From assembly GCA_950097015.1 (NCBI GenBank), contig CATNEN010000001.1, forward strand, positions 4,154,001 through 4,218,000: a stretch of DNA of 64,000 bases, read 5' to 3'. The number at the start of each line of letters is the position of its first letter. The first letter of the stretch is position 1. The DNA comes from Macrostomum hystrix. Taxonomy: Eukaryota > Animalia > Platyhelminthes. Position numbers and translations under genes: made by a program. Positions 48,396-60,954 of the stretch are shown piece after piece. The notes under the pieces were generated by a model, which did no database searches, was not told the origin of the DNA, and saw only the letters and a list, made by a program, of their open reading frames with translations.

Positions 48396-48870
48396 CTTGC
48401 CTGCCTGCCCTGTACTACTGTAAGTAATGAAACTGTTGACAAGTAATATTACAACAGGCCACCAAATTAGATCTTAATTAAGAACTCAGAAAAAAATCGA
48501 GTAAATTAAAAAGACAAGTTCAAAATGCTCCACTTTAACGCTGGTTGTTCTCCGGTTTATTATTATTATTATTTATTTCTCATTATGATTTGTAGTTTAG
48601 AAAAGAAGCTAATATAAGGCTGGAAATGAACTGAACGAAACACAAACCAAAGTTTATTTTCTACTTAATTTGTAGAAAGTCAATATACGGGCTCGTAATT
48701 GGATAGATTTCACACCTTATTCAATTATAATTATCGCATACCCCTACGCAACAATAATTAGAAGTTGATTTATTTTTATATTACGAAACGTTTTTGCTTA
48801 CATAGAGACAGGCGATTTAAACATACATAAAAGAAACACAGAGAGAATTCTAAGAGGGCCAATCTAGATT

Positions 48871-51800
48871 CTACTGCGGATAGGCTTCAACCAGCATGGC
48901 GTGGCCCTGACCACCGGCGGCGCAAGCTGCCACCAGAGCCAGCTGTCCGCCATTCTTCAATAGCCGATTAGCGGCGCAGGTAACTAGGCGGACACCTGTG
49001 GCACCAAACGGGTGCCCGATAGACAGACTGCCGCCCCAGCAGTTGAGCTTGTCCATAGGCGGAGCGCCATACTTCCCAGCCTGCCTGCCCATGTACTGCT
49101 TGGCGAAGTAGTCAGAGTCTAATGCGGCCAGGTTAGCCAGGATCTGGCCAGCGAATGCTTCGTGATATTCGAAGGCGTCGATGTCGCTAAGGCTGAGACC
49201 GTTGCGTTCCAGTAGGCGCGGGGTGGCGTAGGCCGGTCCCAGCAGCAACTGGTCTTTGGGATCCTGGCTAACGTAGATGAAGTCACGCAGGTAGGCTTTG
49301 GGCTTCAATCCCAGGCGTTTCGCGGTCTCCTCCGTAGTTAGGAGGCAGGCCGAAGCGCCGTCAGTCAAGAAGCTGGAGTTGGCCGCCGTGATGGTGCCAT
49401 GCGGCTTAACAAAAGCTGGCTTCAGCTTGGCCAGGGCCTCTAGTGTGCTGGGGCGCACGCCGTTGTCCTTGGCAACTGGATTGGCAACGCCTGGCACCTA
49501 GGAAATTAAAATGTGGGAAGATGGTGAGAAAGGGGATGGCCAGAAGACGCGTGCAGGAGACACAGTGCGAGTTAAGACTAAATTTAAATAGTATAACTAG
49601 GGATTTTCTAGCTGAATGTTAAAGCAGTAGAAAGATCACGAAGGTATTTCAAATACCCACATTATTTTTCTGTATCCCTCAAAATATTAAGCAAATCGAA
49701 ATGTAAATACTGAACCAGGGCTAAAATTTTCGGCTATATCCGATTTAACAACTTCCACAATCACCAATCATCGGCAATATTCAACGAGATATTCAACGTC
49801 GGGGTATCTGGTGGAAAAAAAACCACCAGAATAGGCATAGTTTTTCTGCTCACAAAATTTCATCATGCAATCATGTCGGGTATTCTTGTGGACTATTTTG
49901 GATTGATTAATTTGTTAATATTTTCATTTTTGAATCAATATAAATTCGCCATAGAAATTATACACAGCCATTTTAATTGTCATTGGCAACAGGGTCTTCG
50001 ACAAGAACCGCTGAATATTTCGACGATGCCGGCTTGCCCGACTTTGAGAGTTAGATCATCCATCGTAAAGGGCGGGAAGTTTTAATTTTAAATTAGAACC
50101 GTCGAGACATTCAAGGTCGAAGGTCAGATTTTTCCCAAACACAGGACACTCTGTCAACCTATCAGTCACCACCCGGACGCCGTCAGCAGAGTCCCTAAAG
50201 CAAATTTCTCTACTCTCGCTGATCAAGCCATTGGACTAAACTAAGGTACTACTTGTTGAAGGTCGAGCAGCTCCGTCCAGATAAAGGTCGGTTGACCACC
50301 GAGATGATGCAGGTACATTCGTGTGACATGATGATAAAGTTTGAAGGTCTGGCAAGGCCGCACTGAGGCGCAGTGCAAATTTTTGTAAATGGGTGTATGA
50401 AATACACTTAGCTCTTATGGGAAAAATCTGGACATTCGAACAGAACTGCTGAATAACTCGACGATTTAAAGGGCTGACGACTTGATTATTGTTTTAGAAG
50501 ATGCGCAAAAAAAAAATTGGCCAGTGTTCTTGAGTTTCGTGTGCTTGCGCTGCTCCGTTCGGGTGCAGCGAAAATAATTTGTCATGGGGGTGGAAATTCC
50601 CCAATTGATAGTTCTTCTATTGAAGCCTTCGACTTCACACCTACAGGGGTAAAGATTTAGAATATTTGCGCATGGAACAATGCATATATTCATCTATCAA
50701 ACTAATAGTAATAACTACAATACAGATCAGCAAACCTTAAAAGGCTCCAGTTCGCTCAGCAGGCCGTCCTTGGCAGCCTGGGCGGCCAAAGTGTGACTGC
50801 GCAGAGCGAATTCATCCTGGGCTTTTCTACTGATGCCGAAAGCTGCGCACAGCCTATCAGCCGAATGACCCATGGTCTCATTGGTGGAGAATTCAGCAAC
50901 AGCTGGCAATTCGACACCGCCAGTCAGAGAGCCGAGAATGCGGCCACCGACTGACAACTGCTCAGGCAGACTCTTGGCTTTACGCATCGACAGCATGTGG
51001 CTGCGTGTGGTGCTGCGGGACAATGGGGATGACAATGTTTTACTGCCCATGTACTAGTCACAATACTAACTTTTGTGTCATACAAAACACCTGTCACTCC
51101 AGCGTCTCTTCAGTCACTCCAGTGTCTATCAAGAACTTCAGTCAATCCAGTGTCTCTTCTATCAAGAACTTCAGTCGCTCCAGTGTCTCTTCTATCAAGA
51201 ACTTCAGTCAATCCAGTGTCTCTTCTATCAAGAACTTCAGTCGCTCCAATGTCTCTTCTATCAAGAACTTCAGTCGCTCCAGTGTCTCTTCTATCAAGAA
51301 CTTCAGTCAATCCAGTGTCTCTTCTATCAAGAACTTAAGTCAATCCAGTGTCTCTTCTATCAAGAACTTCAGTCAATCCAGTGTCTCTTCTATCAAGAAC
51401 TTCAGTCAATCCAGTGTCTCTTCTATCAAGAACCTCAGTCAATCCAGTGTCTCTTCTATCAAGAACTTCAGTCAATCCAGTGTCTCTTCTATCAAGAACT
51501 TCAGTCAATCCAGTGTCTCTTCTATCAAGAACTTCAGTCACTCCAGTGTCTCTTCGATCAAGAACTTCAGTCACTCCAGTGTCTCTTCTATCAAGTACTT
51601 CAGTCAATCCAGTGTCTCTTCTATCAAGAACTTCAGTCGCTCCAGTGTCTCTTCTATCAAGAACTTCAGTCAATCCAGTGTCTCTTCTATCAAGAACTTC
51701 AGTCAATCCAGTGTCTCTTCTATCAAGAACTTCAGTCAATCCAGTGTCTCTTCTATCAAGAACTTCAGTCACTCCAGTGTCTCTTCTATCAAGAACTTCA

Positions 51801-53992
51801 GTCAATCCAGTGTCTCTTCTATCAAGAACTTCAGTCAATCCAGTGTCTCTTCTATTAAGAACTTCAGTCAATCCAGTGTCTCTTCTATCAAGTACTTCAG
51901 TCAATCCAGTGTCTCTTCTATCAAGAACTTAAGTCAATCCAGTGTCTCTTCTATCAAGAACTTCAGTCAATCCAGTGTCTCTTCTATCAAGAACTTCAGT
52001 CAATCGAGTGTCTCTTCGATCAAGAACTTCAGTCAATCCAGTGTCTCTTCTATCAAGAACTTCAGTCAATCCAGTGTCTCTTCTATTAAGAACTTCAGTC
52101 AATCCAGTGTCTCTTCTATCAAGTACTTCAGTCAATCCAGTGTCTCTTCGATCAAGAACTTCAGTCAATCCAGTGTCTCTTCGATCAAGAACTTCAGTCA
52201 ATCCAGTGTCTCTTCGATCAAGAACTTCAGTCAATCCAGTGTCTCTTCTATCAAGAACTTCAGTCAATCCAGTGTCTCTTCTATCAAGAACTTCAGTCAA
52301 TCCAGTGTCTCTTCTATCAAGTACTTCAGTCAATCCAGTGTCTCTTCTATCAAGAACTTCAGTCAATCCAGTGTCTCTTCTATCAAGAACTTCAGTCAAT
52401 CCAGTGTCTCTTCTATCAAGAACTTCAGTCAATCCAGTGTCTCTTCTATCAAGAACTTCAGTCAATCCAGTGTCTCTTCTATTAAGAACTTCAGTCAATC
52501 CAGTGTCTCTTCTATCAAGAACTTAAGTCAATCCAGTGTCTCTTCTATCAAGTACTTCAGTCAATCCAGTGTCTCTTCGATCAAGAACTTCAGTCAATCC
52601 AGTGTCTCTTCGATCAAGAACTTCAGTCAATCCAGTGTCTCTTCGATCAAGAACTTCAGTCAATCCAGTGTCTCTTCTATCAAGTACTTCAGTCAATCCA
52701 GTGTCTCTTCGATCAAGAACTTCAGTCAATCCAGTGTCTCTTCGATCAAGAACTTCAGTCAATCCAGTGTCTCTTCTATCAAGTACTTCAGTCAATCCAG
52801 TGTCTCTTCTATTAAGAACTTCAGTCAATCCAGTGTCTCTTCTATCAAGTACTTCAGTCAATCCAGTGTCTCTTCTATCAAGAACTTAAGTCAATCCAGT
52901 GTCTCTTCTATCAAGTACTTCAGTCAATCCAGTGTCTCTTCTATCAAGAACTTCAGTCAATCCAGTGTCTCTTCTATCAAGAACTTCAGTCAATCCAGTG
53001 TCTCTTCTATCAAGAACTTCAGTCAATCCAGTGTCTCTTCTATTAAGAACTTCAGTCAATCCAGTGTCTCTTCTATCAAGAACTTCAGTCACTCCAGTGT
53101 CTATCAAGAACTTCAGTCAATCCAGTGTCTCTTCTATCAAGAACTTCAGTCAATCCAGTGTCTCTTCTATCAAGAACTTCAGTCAATCCAGTGTCTCTTC
53201 TATCAAGAACTTCAGTCAATCCAGTGTCTCTTCTATCAAGAACTTCAGTCAATCCAGTGTCTCTTCTATCAAGAACTTCAGTCAATCCAGTGTCTCTTCT
53301 ATCAAGAACTTCAGTCAATCCAGTGTCTCTTCTATCAAGTACTTCAGTCAATCCAGTGTCTCTTCTATCAAGAACTTCAGTCAATCCAGTGTCTCTTCTA
53401 TCAAGAACTTCAGTCAATCCAGTGTCTCTTCTATCAAGAACTTCAGTCAGTCACTCCAGTGTCTCCCAAGACCTTCATTCAACCCAGTTTCTCACCGATT
53501 CAATCTAATAGGCACATCCGACATGAATTCCACACCGCCAGCGACGCAGACCTGAGCAGAGCCAGTTGCTAACAGGCCCATACAGGTAGTGATGGCCTGG
53601 TTAGATGAGATACAGGCCTGAGTGACAGTGTGGGCCGGTGTACGATCGGAATAGCCAGCACCCATGGCAGCCTCGCGTGCAACATTGCTAGTCTTAACCT
53701 CCTGAATAACGGTGCCCATCACAATGTAATCAACCAGAGATTTGTCTAGTTTGGTACGATTGGCCAAGGCTAGCAGGGCGTGCCTGGCCAAATCGTGCGG
53801 CATCAAGCGTTTGTAGTCTGTGCCACTCTGCAGAAACGGAGTTCGAACACCTTCGATCAGCACAAGATTCGGCCGATCTGGCTTTGCTAGAGTGCGCCTC
53901 TTCGAGCCGCCAGAAGCCGGAGCGGCGGTAGCTAGAGAGCGTCGATGTAGCATCAGCCGACTGGCCGTGTTGGCATTCAGAGTTCGAAGCAT
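48871..53992 (-). CDS. HADHB: Mitochondrial trifunctional enzyme beta subunit (3-ketoacyl-CoA thiolase), ~466 aa
   Basis: Exons 53992-53496, 51012-50736 and 49497-48871. Basic transit peptide; motifs [12 protein letters not shown], catalytic [32 protein letters not shown] and ACAAGGQG. Confidence 0.96.
50100..50620. mobile_element. TA-TSD MITE family copy (degraded/rearranged)
   Basis: Shares GGCAAGGCCGCACTGAGGCGCAGTGC and the terminal TTGATAGTTCTTCTAT with the family. Confidence 0.8.
51095..53465. repeat. Minisatellite, 33 bp unit (TCAGTCAATCCAGTGTCTCTTCTATCAAGAACT)
   Basis: About 70 copies filling HADHB intron 1; source of the 855-aa false ORF. Confidence 0.98.
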
Positions 53993-54194
53993 CTTGTACA
54001 ATTAAGCTAGGGTAATTATTGCTGAAAGATTTTAAATGCGACATTAAATACTAAGCAGCCAATCTACTAGTTGAGTTGATTGTCGATACGAAACCTACCA
54101 ACTAACTAACCCAGGGTTCGGATAACTTATTAGCTGGCGGGCCAAGAGAGAACCTAAAAGACGACAGCGGGCCGCATTGACTGGAAATATAAGA

Positions 54195-55052
54195 TAGGGG
54201 AGAGATGACATGGGAAAAATAAGACAAGGGAGAGATGAGACACAGGAGAGATGAGACACTGGAGAGATGAGACACAAGATAGATAAGACACTGGAGAGAT
54301 AAAACACTGGGGAGATGAGACACGGGAGAGATGAGACACAAGAGAGATGAGACACTGGAGAGATGAGACACAAGAGATAAGATACTGGAGAGATAAAACA
54401 CTGGAGAGATGAGACACTAAGAGATGAGACAAAGAGATGAGACACAGGAGAGATGAGACACAAGAGAGATAAGACACTGGAGAGATGAGACACTGGACAG
54501 ATAAGACACGGGAGAGATGAGACACTGGAGAGATGAGACACAAGAGATATATGACACTGGAGAGATAAAACACTGGAGAGATGAGACACGGGAGAGATAA
54601 GACACTGGAGAGATGAGACACTGGACAGATAAGACACGGGAGAGATGAGACACAGGAGAGATGAGACACAAGAGATATATGACACTGGAGAGACAAAACA
54701 CTGGAGAGATGAGACACGGGAGAGATAAGACACTGGAGAGATGAGACACTGGAGAGATGAGACACGGGAGAGATGAGACACGGGAGAGATGAGACACAGG
54801 AGAGATGAGACACAGGAGAGATGAGACACTGGAGAGATGAGACACTGGAGAGATGAGACACTGGAGAGATAAGACACTGGAGAGATGAGACACGGGAGAG
54901 ATAAGACGCGGGAGAGATGAGACACTGGAGAGATGAGACACTGGAGAGATGAGACACAAGAGAGATAAGACACTGGAGAGATGAGACACGGGAGAGATGA
55001 GACACTGGAGAGATGAGACACTGGGGAGATGAGACACGGGAGAGATAAAACA
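54195..55052. repeat. 16 bp satellite, inverted orientation (GAGAGATGAGACACTG)
   Basis: Direct; more diverged than the 36965 and 42890 arrays. Confidence 0.96.
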
Positions 55053-56193
55053 CTCGGTTAGTTAAGTGGATTGTCGATAAGAAAGCTACCAACTAACTGA
55101 GCAATCAACTGGTTGAGGGAATGGTTGATGTGAAAACCAACTTGCACACCAACTAGCACCTGCTCAGACACTTGACGCTACATAATGGATCCTACTTAAA
55201 GGAAGTTATTTTAAAGAAGAAATGTTAGAACTTCGTAACTTTTATTGCAGAAAAACGACATCAAATAGTTTTTACAAAAGAAACTAAAACAATTTAGAGG
55301 TACGAAATCGAGTCAGCAACTTGTTTGCGTTATTGCTTGAAATGAAACTGACAAGAAACTAATTTGTGTAAATTGAAAAGCAAAACAAAACAGAAATCGT
55401 TGAACTCGAGGTAAAAACACGTGTAAAAATCAATATATATCTCGATAATCGCACGAATTTATCAAAAAAAAATTAAACAGAATTGCTAGCAAAAAATCTT
55501 TTAAAAAAATCCGGAATACGATATCAATTCTTCTAATGTATTGCCAAACGGAAATTACAAGAGTTGTAGAAAAAATATCACAATAATCGACAAAAGGCAC
55601 TTGTAAATCATTATTCAAATTATGGAAGCATTGTACCTGTACTGTTTAAAAACTGAAAATATATTTTAATTTTAAAAAGAACACAATATTTGATGGAATG
55701 GTACATTATTTGCAATGAAATTTGCTAAACTGAAAAACGTTTTCAACTATTTCATAATTATATTTGCGCATCGACGCATTACAATTCTATAAAAGTTCAC
55801 AAGTTCGATTCCTACAGATGGAACTGAAAATCAACTTCAAATCCAATTGAACACTAGAGAGTTCATAGTCTAATAGTCGAAGGTCTACAATAAACTGACA
55901 TTTACTCGCTTTTGCTAGCTAATAAGGAATTCAACATTTAAGATTATTTACTGAAATGTACTCCATTTCTTTAAGCCCCTGTGAAGATAGCAATGCTCTG
56001 CTGAGGCAATTTACTGCAAGGCTAAATTACAAGTTTCTAATGAACACTTTGAAGTCAGAATTCTTGATAGTTGAAATTAAGCATTTAATTATCTTATCAG
56101 CTAAAATGGTCACCGTTAAATCGAAGAGTCATGACCTATGGCCTCTGACAACAGCCCAATGTGTAACTTAGGATAATTTCAATTTGAGTAAAT

Positions 56194-56832
56194 TTAAGTT
56201 GGCAAGCTAATCCTACGACCATGAAGAACTTTGGTGATGTAGAGATAGAAAAAGTCACCATATAGGCAGGTCTGCAGAATGCCAGATAACACAACTATTA
56301 AATCAAAGTAGCCTTCGGCAAAATAGCGATAAATCCAATTGAAAATGTACAAGGCTCTGTAAGCACCGAGAGCAAATAGATAATGCGAAGTGATGGTCTC
56401 AGCCTCACCAGTTTTTGTAATAAGAAACAATTGCGGCAAGATAGCCACCGACTCCAGGTAGATGCTAAAAGTCCATAGCAACTCCAGCGTTGAGAATTCG
56501 TGATTAGCAATCAGCGCCAGAATGGCAGCGGGTGTAATTAGAAATTTCAATTGGAAAGTATCGTGATTAGAATCGTAAGTGGATCTGAATCGGCCGTACA
56601 TCATTACTAGTGTGGTGACGCTGGACCCAATGAAGAATAGCTTCATCATAGTGTTGTACAGGCTGACAAACGAAGTGAACATGTCCAGATAGCGCGTGAG
56701 GAATACTAAGCAGAAGCACATTTGGGATTTTCCTGAGATGCCGGACACTGAGCGAGAGGTGCAGATTTTGTGCAACAGTAGCACAATACCAGCCAGGTGA
56801 GACATGTCACCAAGGAGACGAAAGATATTCAT
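56194..56832 (-). CDS. KDELR: ER lumen protein-retaining (KDEL) receptor, 212 aa, no coding introns
   Basis: [13 protein letters not shown]...SGISGKSQ...VFLTRYLD...[18 protein letters not shown]...[25 protein letters not shown]...[11 protein letters not shown]; true ATG at 56832 after an acceptor at 56839. Confidence 0.97.
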   Translation of the reverse strand: MNIFRLLGDMSHLAGIVLLLHKICTSRSVSGISGKSQMCFCLVFLTRYLDMFTSFVSLYNTMMKLFFIGSSVTTLVMMYGRFRSTYDSNHDTFQLKFLITPAAILALIANHEFSTLELLWTFSIYLESVAILPQLFLITKTGEAETITSHYLFALGAYRALYIFNWIYRYFAEGYFDLIVVLSGILQTCLYGDFFYLYITKVLHGRRISLPT

Positions 56833-56929
56833 GACTGGCTGAAGAAGAAATATATTTATGCAATAAGTCTTTTTGTTAATTATGATCCTAACAAACATTT
56901 TCTGTACACTATTCTTCCACAACTACATC

Positions 56930-57205
56930 TGCCTCTTGCACCTGAGTTTGATTCTGTGGAGAGACCACCTTTACTTAAGGCGCAGCTGCTGAGAGAAGGT
57001 ATGGGGACCTGTAAAAATATGCCATTAAGGGCCAACCTCCAAGGTGACACAGTGGAAGTTGACACTGCCTAATGATGATAAAGTCGGAAATATGTATTGT
57101 ATAGTATGTGTTAGTGTGCTCAAGAGTCAGTAGAATCAAATGGCTGCTGTTTTAATTGTTACTAAATGGTGTACCAGTGGCCCCAGCCAGCTCTTGTAAA
57201 TAATA
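56930..57205 (+). mobile_element. SINE family 2, old degraded copy
   Basis: GGGCCAACCTCCAAGG, CTGCCTAATGATGATAAAGTC and CAAGAGTCAG remnants align with family 2. Confidence 0.65.
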
Positions 57206-58684
57206 TATTACAACAATTCTTATAATTATCATAGTTAACTTTGTTCTGAAAATAGCTATGCATCAACGAACACATTGATGCTTATATAATTCTAGTATAA
57301 CATCTTATCAACAAAAAACAATAGTGATCTAACTAAACCAAAGTATATTGTGTTTGGCCTTTTAAACCATACTACACATCAAGATAGCAAAATAAGTTTT
57401 CAGCATAGTAAGCTAGCACTTCAAGTGCTAAATATTTAGAGCAATGCGATTCCTTTGTTATACTTCTATTCTCTATTGGCCATAGACTAGGGAGTTAAAT
57501 ATTTTCCAAAAAATATTTGCTACTTTATAGGCCCAGCTATTGTTCCAAAGGTTTACTTTAGATATCAAAAAATAATATATACTTGTAGGAGGGCAGCGGA
57601 CATTAGTACATTATTTGGTTTCAGTGAATCAACAGATAGCAATGAGATAATTCTATGCATTTTCAAACAGGGTGCAATTACTATACATTGGAGGTTGGCC
57701 CCAAATGGATGTGGCCTTAATTGTGGAAAAAATCAAACACAAATCATAGAACCTTAGCTATCAAGATTTTTACTAAAAATTGCAACAAATTACTGTGAGA
57801 TAATTACAAATAAAAAAACTGGATCAAAACTATTATTGTAGCTACAGAATTAAAAAAATAATTACTACAGAAAAAATTTGCAAAAATTAACAGATATATA
57901 TCAATGCAACAAAATGTACTAATAATATCCATGAGAAATATTGTCTGCCAATCTTATCTTACCTAGGTTAAAGAAACTAAAGAAATCTCAAATGTTTGTT
58001 ATATTATGGGGAAGTTATTTTAAACAGCTTGGCAGTTTTAAGACAAAACTTATGCATTTCCTATGCCGATTCTTTCATGAAAAAATTGATGCCTTTTGCT
58101 TAGACAGCTCGACATCAGAAAACAGGATGCCAAATTTAAAATAATATTATAGCCAACTAAATTGAATACAGTTGTAACAAACCAAGGTAATATGAGTAGC
58201 AATTTTAGGCTAGGCAAACAGGCAATCTCCTAGATTACTTTATTAAATTATTATAACTTTTAAAATTTTCTGTTAATCTAGCAAAATTATAACATAGGAA
58301 AATATACAACAAATGTGTCAGTGCAGTGTGGTTTATAAAAAAACATTAAAAAGTTTTAGGAATAAAATGGACCCCTAAAAGCACATTGGGTGCATTAATA
58401 TTAAGCATAGATTATTGATATAAATTCATAAGATACCCCAATACCCCCTGCTGAACATAGTTACATAGACTAACAGATGGTTGTAGGCATCACTGATCAA
58501 ACATTGCTTCGAATTGCTGACAACATTGATCTCATGTGGCTGAACATTGCCATTCTAAGATGCAAAGAGATTAGCATATTTTAGCAAACCATTTGGACTA
58601 ATAACAAGATTGAGGGATGGCACTATCAGTTAAAACAGTGAGTTGTTAAAATAGCCAACAACACATTGCATCTACTGCTCCAAC

Positions 58685-58935
58685 CATACATGCACAACAC
58701 CTGGCTGACCTGGCCGAACCAGCCAGGTGAAATGAGGGCTAAGCAAGGTAAGTTGCAAAAATCAATCAACCAAGCGCAAAAAAATCAAAGGGGGGGCCAA
58801 GGGACAAAAAAGGAAGGCGTGAAGAAGAGGAAAAGGGGAGAGAAAAAAGAGAGTAAATGAGAGCAAACTAAGTTGTAAATAGAGCAAAAACTAAGTCGCA
58901 CGGCTGGCTAAGATTTGGGAGGTTGCGCATGTATG
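58685..58935. mobile_element. hAT-like MITE, second copy (inverted relative to 12528-12777)
   Basis: Same TIRs and internal sequence; no TSD retained. Confidence 0.88.
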
Positions 58936-58975
58936 ATTATTAGGGCCTAGTATGGATTGTTTAATCAATAAGGCA

Positions 58976-59290
58976 GAGGTTGTAGCCTAGTGGTTAGGGC
59001 ATTGGACTCATGACTTGAAGGTTGGGGGTTCGATTCCTGACTCCACTGGAACAATTTGTGTCATTTAGCAAGACACTTAACTCTGCATTGCTTCAGTTCA
59101 CCCAGCTGTTAAATGGGTACCAGTATCAGCTGGGATAATTGAAGGTGGGTGTGGCATCCCCCCAGTCCGTGGACTGAACAGCTGTATGCAGCCTTCAGAT
59201 GCGCCGCGCATTAGGCCTAGCTGCGGCTGTGCTGTCAGCTGCACATCTGACCCAATTGGGGCAGGTGTAATCAATTATAAATTATTATAT
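58976..59290 (+). mobile_element. tRNA-derived SINE family 1, full length
   Basis: A box TAGCCTAGTGG, B box GGTTCGATTCC, CACCCAGCTGTTAAATGGGTACC domain, AT-rich tail. Confidence 0.9.
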
Positions 59291-60954
59291 ATTAATCAAT
59301 AAGGTCCACAAAAAATAATGGCTGCTAGGGGCCTAGCCTCTGCAATGATTCTTCATGGAGTTGGGGCCTCCAAGCCATGACACAGTAGCCTAAGCACATC
59401 TGCGAAAAAGTTTCAAAAATGTTAAAATAATAGGCACTTTAAGTAGTAAAATAAAAATATTGCTGATGAAAGTGATAGGCCTAGGCTAGGTAGGCCTAAT
59501 TGCATAGGCCTATACATTAGACTAAGACTTAATGAATTGTGAATGGTTTAGTATAGGACACCATAATATTATTTAATTATTATTTATTCATAGCATTTAG
59601 TATAAGACAGGCTGATGCATAGGGGCCTATAGCTTTATCCCTGTTTCCTTGAATCACTACCTGGCCTAGAAGTAGGCCTAACATAAACTTTAAACATTAT
59701 GTTATGTAACTGCTACATTATGCCAACCGCTATCTTTGTTTGGACTGATAGGGGCCTAGGCTTAAGCCACGGCTCAATGACAGCGAAAATCCAAAAAATA
59801 ATGCAAGATTGTAGTAGGCCCCCTAGTCTGTAGGCCTAGCTGTATCTAGCTACAGTTTCATGATATGATTTAGGCATTTAGCCTAGCTAACACTAATTTC
59901 GGTCTACTTGAACATCGCACTAATGAACAAAGATCGAGTGACTTGATGGCAGCGCAAACGAGTCTTCACTCTTCAGTACCGAGAATTCAAGAAACAGAAC
60001 GACTTAAACGACCAAAGAAATTACCACTGCTAGGATAGCTAAACAATATAAACTTTCTTCCGTATACAATTGGTAACTTAATTACCGCAAATTTCCGGAT
60101 TTGCCTTGAAAGTGATATGACCATAGAACTCCACGATCAACTAGGGTTTCTATTGTAATAAAAATAAAAAGCCTAAGAAAACAGTATGATATATAAAGAA
60201 AAAAGTTACAAAAATTAACTTGCTTGATATATATAATCTTTGGATTGCTTTCTAGATTCTTGACTTAAAGGTAATCGTTAAAACAAAACCTAGAAAAATT
60301 TACAACATATGAGTCTTAGTTTCAACAAACTGTTTTGCCATAGTTAACATCAAGAGAAACAAAATATTTTTTATTTTACTTTAACAAACATGGAACAAGT
60401 TGCTTAATTTAAAGTATGGTACTTTCTTCGAAACACTTTATTGCACGTTTCAATTTTCTCAAATCTATATGACTGTTACAGTGTTAGGTACTTCAAGTCT
60501 ACACTACTGCTGTCTTTAAGTATCTGAAACTAAAGGACTAACTATGATTTATCCGTTAACAATTAATATATAAGTGGTGCAATTATTATGTTTCCATAAA
60601 ACGCACATTGATCTTGCTTTAATTGGATAACTGCTCTGTTCTATATCAGAAAGAGTACTTTATGTATAAAAGTTATAAGCTTTTTTTATTTAAAACTTAT
60701 AACTTTTTAAAAAATAAAATTAAAAAAGCAGTAATGTTTACTTCTTTCACATCTCCATTGTGTTGTTGCTAAATTAGTTAGTGTTGTATTGGTTAAAACT
60801 TATTTACTGGTTAATTTGTTGTGTAGAATGCATAATTTACTCTTAGTCTTACCCTTTCTGTTGCATAATTCGTTGCAAACCATAATAAAAAATACTTTGT
60901 AAAATCCAGTTATTTTTTTCAACTAAACCCTCGCAAAGCTACGAATCTGGATTA

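Noticed and set aside
51005-53572. 855-aa ORF and overlapping ORFs
   Set aside because: 33-bp minisatellite in HADHB intron 1; artefact
58976-59050. tRNA genes at SINE heads (also 27158, 44560, 48330)
   Set aside because: A/B boxes are present but continue into shared SINE bodies and lack a complete acceptor stem
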